This document shows positions 28,432-38,011 of a stretch of 64,000 nucleotides of DNA, piece by piece. A program made the translations under genes and the position numbers. This stretch comes from an uncultured Acidobacteriota bacterium (GTDB lineage: Bacteria; Acidobacteriota; Thermoanaerobaculia; Multivoradales; UBA5704), in assembly GCA_963700145.1 (NCBI GenBank), contig OY969474.1:4644916-4708915 (forward strand). Direction: 5' to 3'. How positions within the stretch are numbered: the first letter of the stretch is position 1; each line of letters starts with the position of its first letter. A model generated the notes under the pieces. That model saw only the letters and a program-made list of their open reading frames with translations. It was not told the DNA's origin and did no database searches.

Positions 28432-28935
28432 TCACCGAGCCTTTCCAAGCGTGCTTAACGCAACGATGGCTTCCCTAATGTTGGCGGCGACAATATTAGA
28501 TTGATCGAGGCGCCACCTGTTGTAGTGTGCACGAAGGACATCGACGAGCCTGGCTGCCTGCTGAATATCGCGCTGTGCTGGACCGAGATCGACCTCGTCA
28601 GGGATGCCTAGGCTCCTCATGAAGCCGATGACTCGCTCAAGATGAGCGACCAGTTGGCGGTGAGGACGTGTGAGTCGACCTTCTCGGAATTGCTTTGCCT
28701 TGTCCGTGTCCTCGAACCATGTTGGGTCCCACATCAAGGAGTCATTCGCAATCTTGGTCACATGAGCCACCACGGGCTCACCAATGAGCGAGTCGAATTC
28801 ACGATCATTGCGCTCCATGACCTCGCGATATGTCCGGACAATCTCCTGAAGGCCGGAGAGCGAAGTGAGGGACTGCATGTCCTGTGTGAGTACCAACGGG
28901 GATAGGAAGGCAGGTCGCGATGCATTATCTGTCAT
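28432..28935 (-). CDS. Hypothetical protein (island gene 1)
   Basis: 167-aa ORF in the low-G+C island. AT-rich putative promoter upstream (28940-29100). Confidence 0.4.
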   Translation of the reverse strand: MTDNASRPAFLSPLVLTQDMQSLTSLSGLQEIVRTYREVMERNDREFDSLIGEPVVAHVTKIANDSLMWDPTWFEDTDKAKQFREGRLTRPHRQLVAHLERVIGFMRSLGIPDEVDLGPAQRDIQQAARLVDVLRAHYNRWRLDQSNIVAANIREAIVALSTLGKAR

Positions 28936-29147
28936 GGCATTTCATCCTTGTTCTAGAATACTGAATCCTGCTCGCATGGTCAGCAGCCTAACCTCTGCTT
29001 ATACGGATTGGCCGGCTGTGGGTGGCGAGACGGGAGCCTCAGCCGCATCTCACGCCTGGTTATGAGTTAGGAGAGTGTAGCAGAGACTGCGTGCGAACAG
29101 GTGCGACGGACGTGTCGTCTATGCGGCGCTGGACGGGGTCAGAGTTT

Positions 29148-29190
29148 CGAGACCCCCGCCCAGATCCTTCGCTACGCTCAGGATGACGGC
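29148..29190. repeat. REP-like palindromic repeat family, half copy (CCCCGCCCAGATCCTTCGCTACGCTCAGGATGAC)
   Basis: The same family recurs at 30903, 49385, 56211 and 59672. Confidence 0.7.
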
Positions 29191-29221
29191 GCTGCGAGCT
29201 TCGGTCGGCTGGGCGCTACGT

Positions 29222-30889
29222 CTACGTCCCCGACTCGCGGAACACCAACCGCTGGTTCCCGGCGACGTTGGCGCGTTGCTGGACCTTCCCTGACGGCCAG
29301 CGCACGACCACCCGATCGGCCTTCGCGGCCCGCCCCAACCCGAAGACAGGCTCGACCTGCGACTGCGAGAGGTAGCTGCTGCCGGTGCGCACCAGCCAGC
29401 GCTGGGTGGCGCCGCCGGTGGTGACCTCGACGACCGTCCCCAGGCCGTCGCGGTTGCTCTTCGAGCCCTCGAGCCCGATCTTGAGCCAGCGGCCCTGCCC
29501 GCCGCCGGCGTTGGCGAAGACCTGGGCCGGGCCGCCGTTGTTGGTCAGCACCAGGTCGAGGTCGCCGTCGTTGTCGAGGTCGCCGTAGGCGGCGCCGCGG
29601 GCGACGCGCGGCTTGGCGAGGTCGCCGCCGGCGGTCGCCGTCACCTCTTCGTAGCGGCCGGCGCCGGCGTTGCGGAAGAGCTGCGTCGGCTGGCGGAACT
29701 TGACCTTGGTCTGCACGTTCTCGACCTCGGGGTCGAGGTGGCCGTTGCCGAGCAGGATGTCGAGCCAGCCGTCGAGGTCGTAGTCGAAGAAGAAGGCGGC
29801 GAAGGCGAGGGTCAGGAGGGTGCGGCGGCCGATCTGCGAGGCCGGCGCCACGTCGACGAAGAGCTGATTGCCCTCGTTGCGGTAGAGCGCCACCATCTCG
29901 TTGGCGAAGTTGCCGATCACCAGGCTGTGGCGGCCGCTGCGGTCGTAGTCGGCGGCGTCGATGCCCATGCCGCCGCGCGCCACGCCGGTCTCGGAGAAGG
30001 CCATGCCGGAGGCCACGCCCACCTCCTCGAACGTGCCGTTGCCGCGGTTGCGGTAGAGGAGGTTGGGCTGGGTGTCGTTGGCGACCGCGAGGTCGGGCCA
30101 GCCGTCCCCATCGAGGTCGAGCACCGCCACGCCGAGCGACTTGGCGGAGGGCTTGGAGATCCCCGCCTTCTTGGTCGCGTCCTCGAGCTTCAAGCCCCCC
30201 TTGTTGCGGTAGAAGCGCGGCGAGGCGCCGGGGTAGGACTCCGGCGTGCAGTAGGACTTGCTCTTGCCGTCGAGGGTGCAGAAGAGGTCGGTCTCCGGCG
30301 TCCAGGTGACGTAGCGGGTGGCGAGGACGTCGAGCCGCCCGTCCTTGTCGGCGTCGAGGAGAGCAACCGAGGCGCCGAACTCGTAGTCGCGCGACAGGCC
30401 GGCCGCCGCGGAGACGTCCGCGAACTTCCCGCCGTCGTTGCGCAGCAGGTAGTCCTGCCCGACGCAGGAGAGGTAGAGGTCGGCGTCGCCGTCGTTGTCG
30501 AGGTCGCCGGCGGCGCCGCCCAGGCAGTAGGCGGCGATGCCGAGACCGCTCTTCGCCGTCGCGTTGGCGAACTTGAGGCCCCCTTGGTTGGTGTAGAGCT
30601 CCTGCGTCGTCGCCTTCCCGGGCTTGCCCGGGAAGTTGCGGCCGTTGAGAAACAGCACGTCGAGCCGGTCGTCGCCGTTGGCGTCGAAGAGGACGACGCC
30701 CGGCCCCATCGTCTCCGGCAGCCACTTCTTGCCGAAGGCGCCGGTGTTGTGGGTGAACTTGATGCCGCTCGCGGCGGTGACGTCGGCGAATCGCGGGCCG
30801 GCGGGCCTCGCCGGCTGCCCCTGCCGAGCGAAGAGAGGCACGGCGAGCAAGAGACAGGTAACGAGGTACAACAAGGGTCGTCTGGTCAT
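29222..30889 (-). CDS. CRTAC1-family protein (FG-GAP/VCBS repeats plus ASPIC/UnbV C-terminal domain); secreted
   Basis: Signal peptide. Repeated DxDGDGxxDL motifs. C-terminal RWLKIGLEG...GLGTVVEV...SGSSYLSQSQVEPVFGLG matches ASPIC/UnbV. Confidence 0.8.
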   Translation of the reverse strand: MTRRPLLYLVTCLLLAVPLFARQGQPARPAGPRFADVTAASGIKFTHNTGAFGKKWLPETMGPGVVLFDANGDDRLDVLFLNGRNFPGKPGKATTQELYTNQGGLKFANATAKSGLGIAAYCLGGAAGDLDNDGDADLYLSCVGQDYLLRNDGGKFADVSAAAGLSRDYEFGASVALLDADKDGRLDVLATRYVTWTPETDLFCTLDGKSKSYCTPESYPGASPRFYRNKGGLKLEDATKKAGISKPSAKSLGVAVLDLDGDGWPDLAVANDTQPNLLYRNRGNGTFEEVGVASGMAFSETGVARGGMGIDAADYDRSGRHSLVIGNFANEMVALYRNEGNQLFVDVAPASQIGRRTLLTLAFAAFFFDYDLDGWLDILLGNGHLDPEVENVQTKVKFRQPTQLFRNAGAGRYEEVTATAGGDLAKPRVARGAAYGDLDNDGDLDLVLTNNGGPAQVFANAGGGQGRWLKIGLEGSKSNRDGLGTVVEVTTGGATQRWLVRTGSSYLSQSQVEPVFGLGRAAKADRVVVRWPSGKVQQRANVAGNQRLVFRESGT

Positions 30890-30902
30890 ACGTCTCCCGA
30901 GG

Positions 30903-30992
30903 TCCTTCTTGTCATCCCGAGCCTAGCGAGGGATCTGGGCGGGGGCTCCGCTGCGCAACCTTCCCGCCCCCAGATTCCTCGCTTCGCTCGGA
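30903..30992. repeat. REP-like palindromic repeat, full dyad copy
   Basis: GTCATCCCGAGCCTAGCGAGGGATCTGGGCGGGGG ... CCCGCCCCCAGATTCCTCGCTTCGCTCGGAATGACAG. Confidence 0.75.
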
Positions 30993-31008
30993 ATGACAGG
31001 TCGTAGCT

Positions 31009-33885
31009 CTACCCGCCGGCGCTGACCACCGTCTCCGCCCCCGCCGGCGCGCGGCGGCGGCGCGGGTCGAGGAAGGCGCGGATCTCCTCCGGCGGCACCG
31101 TGCGGTGCTCGTGGATGGACTGCCGCTCGTTGTTGTCGTGCGGGTGCTTCTCGCGGTACTCGCCGGTCAGCTCCTGCGCCGACTCGTCCACCTTGAAGCG
31201 CTCGTAGAGCTTCTGGTGGTAAGCGGCCTTCTGCGTGTCGCCGAGGCCGCGCCGGGCGAGCATCAGCGTGTAGTGGGCCATCAGGTCCTCGGGGTCGATG
31301 GCGAGCACCTTGTCGAGCTCGCGCACGGCGCCCTTGTAGTCGCGCTTCAAGAACAGCACGCGGCCGATCTGGTTGAGCACCACGCGGTCGCGCGGGTACT
31401 TCGCCACGGCGGCGCGGAAGTGGGCGAGCGACTTGTCGTAGGCGCCGAGCGCCTTTTCGAGCACCCCCAGGAAGTGGTGCGTGCGCGCCAGCTCGGGGTC
31501 CATCTTGAGGGCGCGCCCGAGCACCCGGCGCGCCTCCTCGAGGTCGCCCTCGCCGAGCGCCACCCGCCCGAGGTTCACCCAGCCGTCCACGTACTTGGGC
31601 TCGATCTCGGTCACCTTGGCGAAGGCGACGCGGGCGCCGCGCAGGTCGCCCTGCAGGAACAGCCCGATGCCGTAGTCGTTCCAGCGCTCCCGGTCGCCCT
31701 CCTGGAGGGCCGGCCGGCCCATCGCCGGCAGCGGCGCGCCGCCGTCCACGACCTTGAGCTCCTGGGTGTCCTCGGCCACGAGCACGATCGGCAGCCGCGG
31801 CACGCCCTTGACCTTCCCCGAGACGCGCGAGGTGTCGCCGGTGAAGACCATCGGGCGGTCGTCGAAGTGCTTGCTCACCTCGCCCGGCAGCGATTCGCCG
31901 GCAAAGGAGAAGTGGGTGTTGAACCAGGAGAACTTCCGGTAGTTGAGCTTGGCGTGCAGGCGGATCTTGTCGCCGGCGTCGGGCGGCACCTGGAGCCGGA
32001 AGTGGACGGTGTCGGCGGCGCCGGGCGGGATCAGGCGGACGTAGACCGTCGCGCGAGCGGCCCAGGCGTTCCGCTTGTTGATCGGGTTGCCGCTCTGGTC
32101 GATGAGCAGCGAGCGGTAGAAGTGAGCTCCCGGCTCGACCGGCGAGTCCTCGTCCGCCATGCCGCTCCAGTAGACGACCCTACCGCGGTCGTCCACCGCC
32201 TTGAGCTCCAGCCAGCAGTCGTAGGCGTCCACCGTGCCGCCGGGGAAGAAGTGGCCGACGCCGCGCGTCCGCACCACGACGTCGACGCGCGTCGACTCGC
32301 CGCGCCGCACGGTCGCGGGGATGCGGTCGAGCGGCGCGTAGATCGTCTCGGCGGGGCCGGCGGCGGCGCCGCCGCTGCCGACCGCCATGTCGCTCTCCTC
32401 GCCGATCGCGAAGGAGGTGGCGAGCTGCGGGCCTTCGCTCGCGGGGCCGCGCTCGTCCTCGCCGGCCGCGGCGGCGCGCGCCTCGGTCATGGCGAAGATG
32501 TCCACGGTGAGCTGGCGCGCCTGCAGGAAGTCGACGACCGCCTTGAGCTGCTCGGGATCGCGGTTGGCGATCGGCAGCGCGGTGTTGGCGGCGGCGAAGC
32601 GGTGGGAGCGGATCATCCCCTGCTTGGCGCCGGCGTCCTCGGAGGCGACCTTCGGCATGTGGCAGTCGATGCAGTTCTTCGCCTCGGGCGGGTAGTAGAA
32701 GGAGCGCGCCCCCTCGCCCGAGACGCCGCTCGCCTGCCAGTTGTCGTACTCGTTGAAGCCGCGGATCCAGCGGTAGCTGTTGACCGGCACGTCGAGGTGC
32801 ACCTTGTGGCAGGAGGAGCAGAACTCCGGCGAGTAGGTGCCGCGGAAGAAGGGCTTCAGGAAGGTGCGGCGGTGCGGCTCGGGGTCCATGCGCACGAGCA
32901 GGTCGTGGACGGCGTTGAGCGCGCGGTTGTCGCTCGTCGCCATGCCGTGGAGGGCCGGGACCTCGATCTCGTAGTCCCCCTGCCCCATCGAGCTGCGGAC
33001 GTTGGAGATCATGTGGCAGGCGGTGCAGGTCAGGCCGGCCTGCGCCTCCGGGCGGTCGACGATCTCCTTGATCGGCGTGTTCATCAGGCCGGACTGCAGG
33101 ATCGCCGGGTCGTGGCAGCCGCCGCACCACTTCGAGGAGGTGACGCCCGCCACCTCCTGCATGTACTCGATCGACTTGCGGTACCACTGGTTGTTGAAGC
33201 TCGAGAAGTGGTGCGCCGAGCTGTCCCACTGCTTGACCAGGTCCGGATGGCAGCCGGAACGGCCGCAGCTCTGCGGGTCCATGTAGATGCGCGACGGCAC
33301 GACGTCCTTGTTCGAGGTGTGGACCGACGACGGGAAGAAGGGGCCCTCCTTGCCGCCCATCGACTCCTGCTGCATGACGAGCGAGGCGGGCGGGTTCTCG
33401 AAGACCACCTGGTTCTTCGCGCGGTAGCTCTGGAAGCCGGTGGCGAGGGCCGGGATCAGGAGCGCGGCGGCGACGCCGGCGGCGGCGAGCCGCCAGGTGC
33501 GCGGCGCGAGCTGGCCGCGGAGCGCCCAGAGGAGGGCGAGGAGCCCGACGACCGAGAGCGCGATGTGGGTCCAGAGGAGCGGGCGCATCGGGCGGGTGTT
33601 GCCCACCCAGACGAGGGCGATGCCGGAGAGCGCGGCGGCGAAGAGGAGGAGCCCGGCCGGGAGCATGCCCGGCCGCGTGCGGCGCCGCCACCACCAGATC
33701 GCGAACGGCACCGCCACCCCCACCCCGAGGAAGAAGTGGAGGGCGACGCTGGCGAAATAGATCATGTGCGGGTCGCCCTCGGACGCCAGGTAGGCGCTGT
33801 TGGCGACCAGGAGCGCACCCAGGATGGCTAACCAGCGGGTGCCGCGGCGGGTCTCTTCAGGCATGTTCGACGGCCTCGTGCTCAT
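31009..33885 (-). CDS. Membrane-anchored multiheme cytochrome c fused to C-terminal TPR repeats
   Basis: N-terminal transmembrane helices. CxxCH motifs (CGGCHDP, CTACHM, CSSCHKV, CIDCHMP). C-terminal TPR-like helical repeats. Confidence 0.75.
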   Translation of the reverse strand: MSTRPSNMPEETRRGTRWLAILGALLVANSAYLASEGDPHMIYFASVALHFFLGVGVAVPFAIWWWRRRTRPGMLPAGLLLFAAALSGIALVWVGNTRPMRPLLWTHIALSVVGLLALLWALRGQLAPRTWRLAAAGVAAALLIPALATGFQSYRAKNQVVFENPPASLVMQQESMGGKEGPFFPSSVHTSNKDVVPSRIYMDPQSCGRSGCHPDLVKQWDSSAHHFSSFNNQWYRKSIEYMQEVAGVTSSKWCGGCHDPAILQSGLMNTPIKEIVDRPEAQAGLTCTACHMISNVRSSMGQGDYEIEVPALHGMATSDNRALNAVHDLLVRMDPEPHRRTFLKPFFRGTYSPEFCSSCHKVHLDVPVNSYRWIRGFNEYDNWQASGVSGEGARSFYYPPEAKNCIDCHMPKVASEDAGAKQGMIRSHRFAAANTALPIANRDPEQLKAVVDFLQARQLTVDIFAMTEARAAAAGEDERGPASEGPQLATSFAIGEESDMAVGSGGAAAGPAETIYAPLDRIPATVRRGESTRVDVVVRTRGVGHFFPGGTVDAYDCWLELKAVDDRGRVVYWSGMADEDSPVEPGAHFYRSLLIDQSGNPINKRNAWAARATVYVRLIPPGAADTVHFRLQVPPDAGDKIRLHAKLNYRKFSWFNTHFSFAGESLPGEVSKHFDDRPMVFTGDTSRVSGKVKGVPRLPIVLVAEDTQELKVVDGGAPLPAMGRPALQEGDRERWNDYGIGLFLQGDLRGARVAFAKVTEIEPKYVDGWVNLGRVALGEGDLEEARRVLGRALKMDPELARTHHFLGVLEKALGAYDKSLAHFRAAVAKYPRDRVVLNQIGRVLFLKRDYKGAVRELDKVLAIDPEDLMAHYTLMLARRGLGDTQKAAYHQKLYERFKVDESAQELTGEYREKHPHDNNERQSIHEHRTVPPEEIRAFLDPRRRRAPAGAETVVSAGG

Positions 33886-34028
33886 AGTAAGTCAGTCGTC
33901 CTCATAGAGCTTACGCTGAGCGGCCGGCCGGCCGCTGGTGCCTGCCCAGGAGGACTCGCGAACCCTACCAGGGTCGCACAAACCGGGTGCCAGCGGCGTG
34001 CCAGAAGGGGACGCGTAGAATCCGCCGC

Positions 34029-35102
34029 ATGCCCCCCGCCACGCCCGGACCGGTGGAGATCGCCGGCGCGCTCTCGCGGCGCGTCATCGGCCAGGAGACC
34101 GCCGTGCGCGAGCTGGCGGTGGCGCTGGCCAAGAAGCTCGCCGGGCTGCGCGTCGGCAACATCCTGCTCATCGGCTCGTCCGGCACCGGCAAGACGACGC
34201 TGATGCGCGCCGTCGAGGCCTACCTCGCCGCCGACCCGGCGCTCGCCGGGCGCTCGACGGTAGTGCGCATCCACGCCAACGTGCTGGGCGAGGAGGCGGG
34301 GCGCGGCCGGCCCGGCCAGGCGGTCCTGGCGCGTCTCCTCGAGCGGGCGCGCGAGCAGCTCGGCGCGGGCGCCGCGCCGGAGGCGATCCTCACTCGCGCC
34401 GCCTCGGGGATCGTCTTCGTCGACGAGGTGGACAAGATCCGCTCCCACGTCGGCGGCCAGGCCAACGTGCCCGGCATCCGCGCCCAGGAGGCGCTGCTGA
34501 CGCTGATCGAGAACGAAGCGGTGCAGCTCGACCTGCCGGCCTGGGCGGGGGGCGGCACCACGACGGTCGACTCGAGCGGCCTGGTCTTCGTCTGCGGCGG
34601 CGCCTTCGAGGGGCTCTACGACGCGGTCTACGACCGGGTGACCATCGGCCGCGACCGCGGCGCGCTGCAGCCGGTGACGGTGGTCGACGACGGCCGGGTG
34701 CGCGAGGAGACGACCTTCGACCTCCGCCACTGGCTGCGCAACGAGGACCTCTTCGAGTACGGCATGAGCCCGCAGTTCCTGTCGCGCTTCGACGCCGTGG
34801 TGCTGCTCGAGAACCTCACCCGCGACGAGCTGGTGCGGATCTTCCTCGAGGCCCCCGACTCCGCCTTCCACCAGACCCGCGCCTACTTCGAGAGCCGCGG
34901 CGTGCACCTGGCGCTCTCGCCCGCCGCCGTGCGCCGCATCGCCGCCGAGGCCGCCCGCCAGCCACGCCTCGGCGCCCGCGCCCTCAAGGAGGTCTTCCGC
35001 CGCGTGATCCGCGACTACGAGTACGACCCCGCCGGGACCGCCAACGGCGGCGTCCTGCCGATCGACCTGGCCGAGGTCGAGGCGGCGCTCGGCGCGGCCT
35101 AG
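34029..35102 (+). CDS. AAA+ ATPase of the ClpX/HslU-like family (standalone)
   Basis: VIGQETAVRELAVAL, Walker A GSSGTGKTT, Walker B IVFVDEVDKI, and the sensor region. Confidence 0.7.
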   Translation: MPPATPGPVEIAGALSRRVIGQETAVRELAVALAKKLAGLRVGNILLIGSSGTGKTTLMRAVEAYLAADPALAGRSTVVRIHANVLGEEAGRGRPGQAVLARLLERAREQLGAGAAPEAILTRAASGIVFVDEVDKIRSHVGGQANVPGIRAQEALLTLIENEAVQLDLPAWAGGGTTTVDSSGLVFVCGGAFEGLYDAVYDRVTIGRDRGALQPVTVVDDGRVREETTFDLRHWLRNEDLFEYGMSPQFLSRFDAVVLLENLTRDELVRIFLEAPDSAFHQTRAYFESRGVHLALSPAAVRRIAAEAARQPRLGARALKEVFRRVIRDYEYDPAGTANGGVLPIDLAEVEAALGAA

Positions 35103-36133
35103 TTGCCGGCGGCCTCGCGCCGCCGCCGCCAGGCGGCGGGGGAGGCGCCCACCAGCTTCTTGAAGGCGCGGCTGAACGCCGCCTCGGACTCGTAGCCGAC
35201 CTCGTGGGCCACGGCCGCGACCTTGGCGGCGCGGTCGGCGAGCCGCCGCGCGCCGAGCTGCAGGCGCCAGTGCGAGAGGTACTGCATCGGCGGCTGGCCG
35301 ACCAGCGCGGCGAAGCGCTCGGCCAGCGCTGTGCGCGAGACTCCTGCGTCCTTCGCCAGCCCGCCCAGGGTCCAAGGCTCCGCCGGGCGCGCGTGGAGCA
35401 GCGCCAGGGCCCGGCCGACGACCGGATCGCGCAGGCCGGCGAGCCAGCCGCGGCCGCCGGCCGGCAGATCGGCGAGGTACTGCCGCACGACCTCGACGAA
35501 CATCAGCTCGCCCAGGCGCTGGATCACGCACTCGCCGCCGGCGCGCGGCTCGCGCGACTCGCCGATCACCAGCTCGATCAGGGCGCTCAGCCGGTCGGCG
35601 GCGCCCGCACCGCGCCGCACGTGGAGCAGCCGCGGCAGCGCCGCGAGGACCGGGTTGAACGGGCGCGCGTCGCAGCCCAGGAAGCCGCAGACGACGCCGA
35701 TCCGCCCGTCGCCACCGCCCCCTTCCTCGACGACCAGGGGCAGCTCGCCGCAGAGCATGCAGCGGAAGAAGCTCAGGACCGCCTCGGGGCCGCTCTCGTC
35801 GCGCAGCTCCGGCGCGCTCGCCAGCTGGTAGGGGTCGCCGTGCGGGAAGACGACGACGTCGCCCGGCTCCAGCCGGACGGGCGGCTCGCCCGCCACCTCG
35901 CCCCAACAGCCCCCCTCGGTGACGATGTGGTACGAGATCAGGTGGTCGGCGCCCGGGAGCAGGACGGGCAGGACCGCCGCGCCGGCCGGCACCGCCGCCG
36001 TCCACGGCGTCGAGGCGTCGACGATGAAGAACAGCGCGCCGGTCAGGCGGACCGTGCGCAGCACCTCCGAGAGCACGTCCGCGCCGGACGCGGCGGCAAG
36101 CGAACCGGACGCTCGGTCATGGCCAGTCGCCAC
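35099..36133 (-). CDS. AraC family transcriptional regulator (cupin sensor plus HTH)
   Basis: C-terminal AraC-type HTH (LAKDAGVSRTALAERFAALVGQPPMQYLSHWRLQLGARRL...GYESEAAFSRAFKK). Confidence 0.85.
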   Translation of the reverse strand: MATGHDRASGSLAAASGADVLSEVLRTVRLTGALFFIVDASTPWTAAVPAGAAVLPVLLPGADHLISYHIVTEGGCWGEVAGEPPVRLEPGDVVVFPHGDPYQLASAPELRDESGPEAVLSFFRCMLCGELPLVVEEGGGGDGRIGVVCGFLGCDARPFNPVLAALPRLLHVRRGAGAADRLSALIELVIGESREPRAGGECVIQRLGELMFVEVVRQYLADLPAGGRGWLAGLRDPVVGRALALLHARPAEPWTLGGLAKDAGVSRTALAERFAALVGQPPMQYLSHWRLQLGARRLADRAAKVAAVAHEVGYESEAAFSRAFKKLVGASPAAWRRRREAAGN

Positions 36134-36157
36134 GGCACGATCCTACAGTCCGGCTCC

Positions 36158-37408
36158 ATGAAGACCTTCATTGCGCTCCCGCTCACGCTGCTCGCCGTGC
36201 ACGCGCCGGCGGCCGCCGCAGGCCCGCCTGTCGGCCGCGACGCCGCGGTCGTCACGGCCTGGAACGACCTGGCGAACGAGCTCGCCTTCGCCGAGGAGAG
36301 GGCACCGGTGTTCAAGCCGGTGCGCGCCCCCGCGCTGATGCACCTGGCGATGCACGACGCCCTCAACGCCGTGGAGCCGCGCTTTGCGCAGTACGCGCCG
36401 CTCGCCACCGACGCGGCGGCGGACCCGATCGCCGCGGCCGCGCAGGCGGCGCACGACGTCCTCGCCGCGCACTACCCGGCGGCGCGGCAGGACCTGGCGG
36501 CCGCGCTCGCCTCGTGGCTGGCGCGGGTCCCCGACGGCGAGGCCGAAGCGCGCGGCGTCGCGCTCGGAGGGCGCAGCGCCGCCGCCCTCCTCGGCCTGCG
36601 CCGCGACGACGGCTGGGACGTCGAGGGGACGTACGTCTTCGCCCGCGGGGCGGGTGCCTACCAGACGACGCCGTCCTGGAACGGCTTCATGCTCCAGCCC
36701 GGCTTCCGCTTCGCCAAGCCCCTGGCGCTCGCGCGGCCGGACGAGCTGCGGCCGCCGGCGCCGCCGCCGCTCGCGAGCGCCGAGTACGCGGCGGCCTACG
36801 CCGAGGTCAAGGAGCACGGGGCGCGCGCGAGCGCCGCGCGCACCGCCGACCAGTCCGGCTACGCGCGCTGGTGGATGGAGTTCTCCGAGACGGCGGTCAA
36901 CCGGCTGGTGCGGGAGCTCGCCGGGCGCCGCGGGTTGGACGCGTGGCAGGCCGCGCGCCTCTTCGCCCTGCTCAACACGGCGCTGCATGACGCCTACGTC
37001 GCCGTCTGGGACGCGAAGTACGAGTACAACCTCTGGCGGCCGTACACCGCGATCCGCGAAGCGGAGGCCGACGGCAACCCCGCCACGGCGCCCGACCCGG
37101 AGTGGGAGCCGCTGCTCGCCACGCCGCCCCACCCGGAGTACCCGTCGGCCCACGGCGCGGGCTGCGCCGCCACCTTCGCGGTGCTCGAGCACGTCCTCGG
37201 CGACGGCGTCGCCTTCACCATGGCGACGCGCACCGCGCCGCCCGAGATGCCAACCCGCTCCTTCCCCCGCTTCCGCGCCGCCGCCGCCGAGTGCGCCGAC
37301 TCGCGGGTGCGGCTCGGCTGGCACTTCCGCTTCGCCACCGACGCGGGCCTCACCCTCGGCCGCGCCGTCGCCGAGCGGGTCGTCCGCGGCGCCCTCGCGC
37401 CGCGCTAG
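36158..37408 (+). CDS. PAP2-superfamily vanadium-dependent haloperoxidase-like protein; secreted
   Basis: Signal peptide MKTFIALPLTLLAVHA. Motifs PEYPSAHG and SRVRLGWHF (PAP2/vanadium haloperoxidase active-site signatures). Confidence 0.65.
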   Translation: MKTFIALPLTLLAVHAPAAAAGPPVGRDAAVVTAWNDLANELAFAEERAPVFKPVRAPALMHLAMHDALNAVEPRFAQYAPLATDAAADPIAAAAQAAHDVLAAHYPAARQDLAAALASWLARVPDGEAEARGVALGGRSAAALLGLRRDDGWDVEGTYVFARGAGAYQTTPSWNGFMLQPGFRFAKPLALARPDELRPPAPPPLASAEYAAAYAEVKEHGARASAARTADQSGYARWWMEFSETAVNRLVRELAGRRGLDAWQAARLFALLNTALHDAYVAVWDAKYEYNLWRPYTAIREAEADGNPATAPDPEWEPLLATPPHPEYPSAHGAGCAATFAVLEHVLGDGVAFTMATRTAPPEMPTRSFPRFRAAAAECADSRVRLGWHFRFATDAGLTLGRAVAERVVRGALAPR

Positions 37409-37606
37409 CGCGGGCGGGCGCTACTTCCGCGCCTGCGGCCGTCGATGCGAGTAGCGGGTCGGCTGTCGCTAGCAGAGCATCATGCGAACGGGTCGCGCGG
37501 CTCTTGCTGCTTGAGCCGCGGGATCTCGCCGGACCACGCCCCCAGGCAGGCGCGGAACTCGGCGGGCCACTCGTCCAGAGGCTCGTGAATGATCGGGCGC
37601 CTCCTT

Positions 37607-37966
37607 TCACGCCAGCAGCATCGGCAGCGGCTTCAGCTCACGGCGGAAGGGGTCGAGGATCAGGCCGAAGCCTTCCAGGGTCGTCGCTCCCAGCAGCGGG
37701 CTGTCGCCCTCCTCGCCGAAGATCACCAGCGAGTCGCCGCGCTGGCCTTGGTACTCGAAGATGGCGCTGCCGATCTCCCGCTCGATCCTCTCGCCGTTGG
37801 CGAGGATGAAACTGCGGCGGGAGTGGGGCTCGATGCCGATCTTCTCGAGCTCGCTCCGCGGCACCAGGGAATAGACGGCTCCGGAATCGACCAGGAAGGT
37901 CTCTTCGATCGCGCGCGAAGGATCGGCGGGGTTGGCCACTCTCAGCTTGACGAACGTCAGGCCCAT
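37607..37966 (-). CDS. Retropepsin-like (clan AA) aspartic protease
   Basis: FLVDSGAVYSLVP (DSG active-site motif). Size about 119 aa. Confidence 0.7.
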   Translation of the reverse strand: MGLTFVKLRVANPADPSRAIEETFLVDSGAVYSLVPRSELEKIGIEPHSRRSFILANGERIEREIGSAIFEYQGQRGDSLVIFGEEGDSPLLGATTLEGFGLILDPFRRELKPLPMLLA

Positions 37967-38011
37967 CGGTCCCTCGCCTCCTGGGGATTCAGCACTCCGA
38001 CCGGAAGCGTA

